A stretch of 20,000 nt of DNA, from IMG/VR virus record IMGVR_UViG_3300041405_000133, positions 109,948 through 129,947 of that record; one strand, 5' to 3'. The notes beneath the pieces were generated by a model, which searched no databases, had not been told where the DNA came from, and was given only the letters and a program-made list of their open reading frames with translations. Shown here piece after piece: positions 17,048 through 20,000 of the stretch. The stretch is from an uncultured virus (IMG/VR IMGVR_UViG_3300041405_000133) (lineage: Duplodnaviria; Heunggongvirae; Uroviricota; Caudoviricetes). The number at the start of each line of letters is the position of its first letter. Position 1 is the first letter of the stretch. The position numbers were made by a program, and so were the translations under genes.

Positions 17048-17248
17048 ATGTCCCTGAATCAACTCACCATGAAAGCAGAATACGTCTTCGCAGCTATCCC
17101 TCATGGGGAGCCTAGTGATGAATCAAAGCTTTATACGATCCACCGCCGAGCTCTAATACGTGGTGACGCCAAGGCTTGGGAAATCGATAACGAGGTTATC
17201 GCCAAGCGCACCACTCTGGCTGAACATTACTCGCTGGAGGATTACTGA
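17048..17248 (+). CDS. Small hypothetical protein (66 aa)
   Basis: AGGAGG SD. The stop overlaps the next start (TGATG). Confidence 0.75.
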   Translation: MSLNQLTMKAEYVFAAIPHGEPSDESKLYTIHRRALIRGDAKAWEIDNEVIAKRTTLAEHYSLEDY

Positions 17249-17631
17249 TGGCGGTTCTACTGACCAACTCTGTCGTAGTCGGTTTAGACGATATCCCGGA
17301 AGAGCTGTACCCTGGAGGTCCTGACTTCAAGGTCCATGTAGCCTTCTATCTGTCGAGTGTAACCATCACGCTGGTTAACCCGATGAACGGAATCATGCAC
17401 CGAGATAAGTTCAGTGAGACGCGAACGAAGCTGTTGCGTGATCATCTTTACCCACTGCGCGAGAATGCCTTACTCACTAAGGCTCAATTCATGTGTGAGG
17501 TGGAACGAATGACAGAGGTCTTCTTCTGTCGACTGCGGGAATACAAAGGTTTCATCGGCATCAACAGAACTGGGATGCATGATACAAACACCTACGAAGA
17601 AGAATCGGAAACAAACGGGGAACGTGTATGA
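17248..17631 (+). CDS. Hypothetical protein (127 aa)
   Basis: GGAGG SD inside the upstream ORF. Translationally coupled at both ends (TGATG, ATGA). Confidence 0.75.
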   Translation: MAVLLTNSVVVGLDDIPEELYPGGPDFKVHVAFYLSSVTITLVNPMNGIMHRDKFSETRTKLLRDHLYPLRENALLTKAQFMCEVERMTEVFFCRLREYKGFIGINRTGMHDTNTYEEESETNGERV

Positions 17632-18131
17632 AGAACGACATGGTTACAATCGAAGTACCTGAAATGTACGAGTACCGTCAGATCGGTGAAGTCATCTCGC
17701 GTGTACTTGGCGTGGAGATTCCTGAGGAAAAGATGCTGGAGCTGATGACTACCCTCGGGTATCACAAGTTCTCCATCCTCAAGATGACTCAGTCTCCACA
17801 GCAGGTTGCGGAGATGGCCCGGTTCTTGCTGGGTAAGAGCAAGCCAGCAGATCAAGCGATTGTATTGAAATCACCAACCCTGGAAGAGCTGAAAACAAAC
17901 CTAATGCAGCAAACACATGCCCGCATTATAGCGGACACAGACAATCTTGATCTCGATGGTGTACTCACGTATACTCAGGTGTTCTGGATAGTTGAACGGT
18001 GTAAGTCCAGCGAAACGTATCTGGACAAGGTCTTAGTTCACGCCCGCAAGCAATTCCCTGAATCGAAAGAACCTTTGGTTGAATGGACTGCCGTTAAAGT
18101 TAATGAAGCATTAACTGCATTTAAAGCTTAA
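17628..18131 (+). CDS. Hypothetical protein (167 aa)
   Basis: ATGA overlap with the upstream ORF, GGGGA SD, ends at a terminator. Confidence 0.75.
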   Translation: MKNDMVTIEVPEMYEYRQIGEVISRVLGVEIPEEKMLELMTTLGYHKFSILKMTQSPQQVAEMARFLLGKSKPADQAIVLKSPTLEELKTNLMQQTHARIIADTDNLDLDGVLTYTQVFWIVERCKSSETYLDKVLVHARKQFPESKEPLVEWTAVKVNEALTAFKA

Positions 18132-18133
18132 CA

Positions 18134-18182
18134 GCATAAAGCCCGGCATTGAGCCGGGCTTTATGTCTACTCTTTTTTTTTT
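18134..18182. terminator. Bidirectional terminator GCATAAAGCCCGGC-ATTGA-GCCGGGCTTTATGT with CTACTC and T-run
   Basis: 14-bp inverted repeat between convergent genes, followed by a long T tract. Confidence 0.85.
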
Positions 18183-18188
18183 GCTGTA

Positions 18189-19925
18189 TTACTGGGCGTC
18201 AGAGTAATACAGGATCACGTTCTGACGCTCTTCTTCATTCGGCACGTAGCGCAGAATGTTGTCGAGCTTGTAGATCTTGGCTTCACGCTGGCGAGTACCA
18301 GGTACGCGGGTGTGGATCAGCAACGACATCAGGTCTTCGAAGGTCAGTGCAGCAGACTTCGAGATACCCAACTGATTGTAACCACGACGTGCGATTTCCG
18401 GCAGGAACAGCAGGGTGTAGTTGGTGTTGACGAAGTCCAGCAGGATGTTCCAGCCTTCGGTGAAGCCGACGCTGTCACGAGCCATTACTTGACGGATTGC
18501 TTTGTACAGCATGACTTGCGCCTTACCGGCGGTATCGTCAGTCAGGTTCTTGCCGTACTTGGACATGGCGTCCTTGTATTCGTCAAGTTTGGATTTCAGC
18601 AGGATGTTGTCCATGGAAGCTTCCGTAGGTGTATCAGCGAGGGTTTCGAGAATGCGTTGGCCGCTGAACTCTGCGGACAGACCCAGGCGCGCCTTCAGGC
18701 TTTCGACCAGGTCTTCCTTCGAGTGTTCGCTTTCGATCTGATCCAGCAGAGCCGAGCGCAGTTCGAGGTGAGTCCACTGAGAAGGAGTCTTACGGTCACG
18801 CATGCGGTCTTCGATCAGAACACCGTGTTCGGTAACAGCAGGCTTCTCGCCGGTCTGTACGAACAGCTTGACAGCTTCGTGAGTCCAGTTGTTAGGCAGG
18901 CGGTAACGTTTGTAGAGCTCGTCGTAGATCAGCTCTTCATCCATGCCTTTCGGAGTCAGGATCAGACCATCAACCCAGTCAGCCAGTTCGCCGCCAGTCC
19001 AGTTGATCATGCTCTGACCACGACGCAGGTCGATAGGCCAGCTACCACGAGCGGTCTTGGTTGGTTGAGCTTTGGTTTCGACGTAGGTCAGCAGGGTATC
19101 GCGGTCCCAGGCAGCCAGAGCATCAGCCGTCAGAACGCCGGTCAGATCAGCACGCAGACCTTCCAGAGAGGTAGGGTCGAGAGGGGTAGCCTCTTCTTCC
19201 TCATCCGGAACAGCTTCGTCTTCTTCGTCAGCCTTGGCGTCTTCGTCGACTTGAGGCTCTTCAGCCGGAGCATCAGGCTCGGCCCCTTCTTCACCTTCAG
19301 GCGGAGTTTGATCTTCCGCTGGAGTTTCAGGAGTCACCGGAAGCTCGACCACTTCAGACAGATCGGTGATTTGAACGGTCACTTCCATTGCCGGTTCAAC
19401 GACTTCAGGAGCTGGCTCTTCAACCACTACCTTTGGTTCAACGATGTCGCCAGCAGCCAGGTGTGCGGCTGCCGCGGCAGCTTCTTCAGCTTCAGTAACT
19501 TCAGGCTCTTCGGCGAGAGCAGCTTGTTCATCTTCTACCGATTCTTCCAGCGGCTGAACTTCATCAGCAGGACCAATCAATTCGGCCATGAGCAGGCGAA
19601 CCATTTCAACCGTGTTGGCATTGCCAGCTTCGTCGAAGAAGAACGAACGCAGACGCTCAGCCCATTCTTCAGGTACGTGATCGGCACCGATGGTATCCTG
19701 ATCAACAGTCCGCAACATCCAATCGATCTGACCAGCCAATTCAGTGTCAGACATATTGGCGAAGCTGGTAGCCATCGCATCTGCGTCTACAGCGGCCACG
19801 GGCTCTTCAGAGCCTTCCTCAGCAACGATCGGAGCTTCTTGCTCCGGTTGTGCCTGTTCCAGCTGCTCTTCCACTACAACGGCTTCAGGAGCTTGCTGTT
19901 CGGTGTTCTCGTTATTCTGTTCCAT
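18189..19925 (-). CDS. Large protein with acidic E/A/P-rich N-terminus, internal tandem repeat and globular C-terminal domain (phiKZ gp77-like position)
   Basis: 578-aa ORF with an AGGA SD and strong codon bias. Orthology is inferred from its position after the helicase. Confidence 0.8.
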   Translation of the reverse strand: MEQNNENTEQQAPEAVVVEEQLEQAQPEQEAPIVAEEGSEEPVAAVDADAMATSFANMSDTELAGQIDWMLRTVDQDTIGADHVPEEWAERLRSFFFDEAGNANTVEMVRLLMAELIGPADEVQPLEESVEDEQAALAEEPEVTEAEEAAAAAAHLAAGDIVEPKVVVEEPAPEVVEPAMEVTVQITDLSEVVELPVTPETPAEDQTPPEGEEGAEPDAPAEEPQVDEDAKADEEDEAVPDEEEEATPLDPTSLEGLRADLTGVLTADALAAWDRDTLLTYVETKAQPTKTARGSWPIDLRRGQSMINWTGGELADWVDGLILTPKGMDEELIYDELYKRYRLPNNWTHEAVKLFVQTGEKPAVTEHGVLIEDRMRDRKTPSQWTHLELRSALLDQIESEHSKEDLVESLKARLGLSAEFSGQRILETLADTPTEASMDNILLKSKLDEYKDAMSKYGKNLTDDTAGKAQVMLYKAIRQVMARDSVGFTEGWNILLDFVNTNYTLLFLPEIARRGYNQLGISKSAALTFEDLMSLLIHTRVPGTRQREAKIYKLDNILRYVPNEEERQNVILYYSDAQ

Positions 19926-20000
19926 GGGGTTTAGTTCCTAAGGAATGTCTCTAAGAAGAGAGGAGTTGTTTTGAGTTCTTTAGCGTGAGCGGAACCCATC

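Noticed and set aside
18189..18614. Internal start at Met438 (MDNILLKS...) giving a separate C-terminal protein
   Set aside because: Only a weak GGAAG SD-like sequence precedes it; this cannot be supported without ribosome profiling or orthologue comparison.
18312..19934. 540-aa plus-strand ORF antisense to the 578-aa gene
   Set aside because: Shadow ORF; its F/L/S-rich sequence mirrors the Glu and Lys codons of the real minus-strand gene.
1..20000. tRNA, rRNA, integrase, transposase, intron or intein
   Set aside because: Intergenic gaps are short and accounted for by hairpins and promoters; I saw no such motifs.

Overview
This window is part of a phiKZ-like (Chimalliviridae, nucleus-forming) jumbo phage genome. 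It covers a core block syntenic with phiKZ gp62-gp77. In order, the block encodes an SbcD/Mre11 nuclease, a probable ChmC RNA-binding protein with an SSB-like FDDDIPF tail, a probable gp68-type nvRNAP promoter-specificity subunit, a probable PicA/Imp1 nuclear-import factor and a gp70-like protein with an RD/RGG tail. It continues with a small antisense LysM-like ORF, the split non-virion RNA polymerase beta-C (gp71-73-like, intron-less here) and beta'-C (gp74-like) subunits, a DExH SF2 helicase, and a large acidic protein on the minus strand. The RNAP, SbcD and helicase calls rest on motifs visible in the translations. The ChmC, gp68, PicA and gp70 calls rest mainly on gene order and size. Small accessory ORFs sit between core genes at GC-rich hairpins. 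Notable patterns are: a bipartite TAAAA-N10-ATACATTAC promoter before both nvRNAP operons; a CATA..hairpin..TTTATG intergenic element family; an accessory gene flanked by an exact 18-bp repeat; short hairpins centred on stop codons; and a shared [KR]GG[KR]GW C-terminus on the PicA- and gp70-like proteins. No database searches were run.
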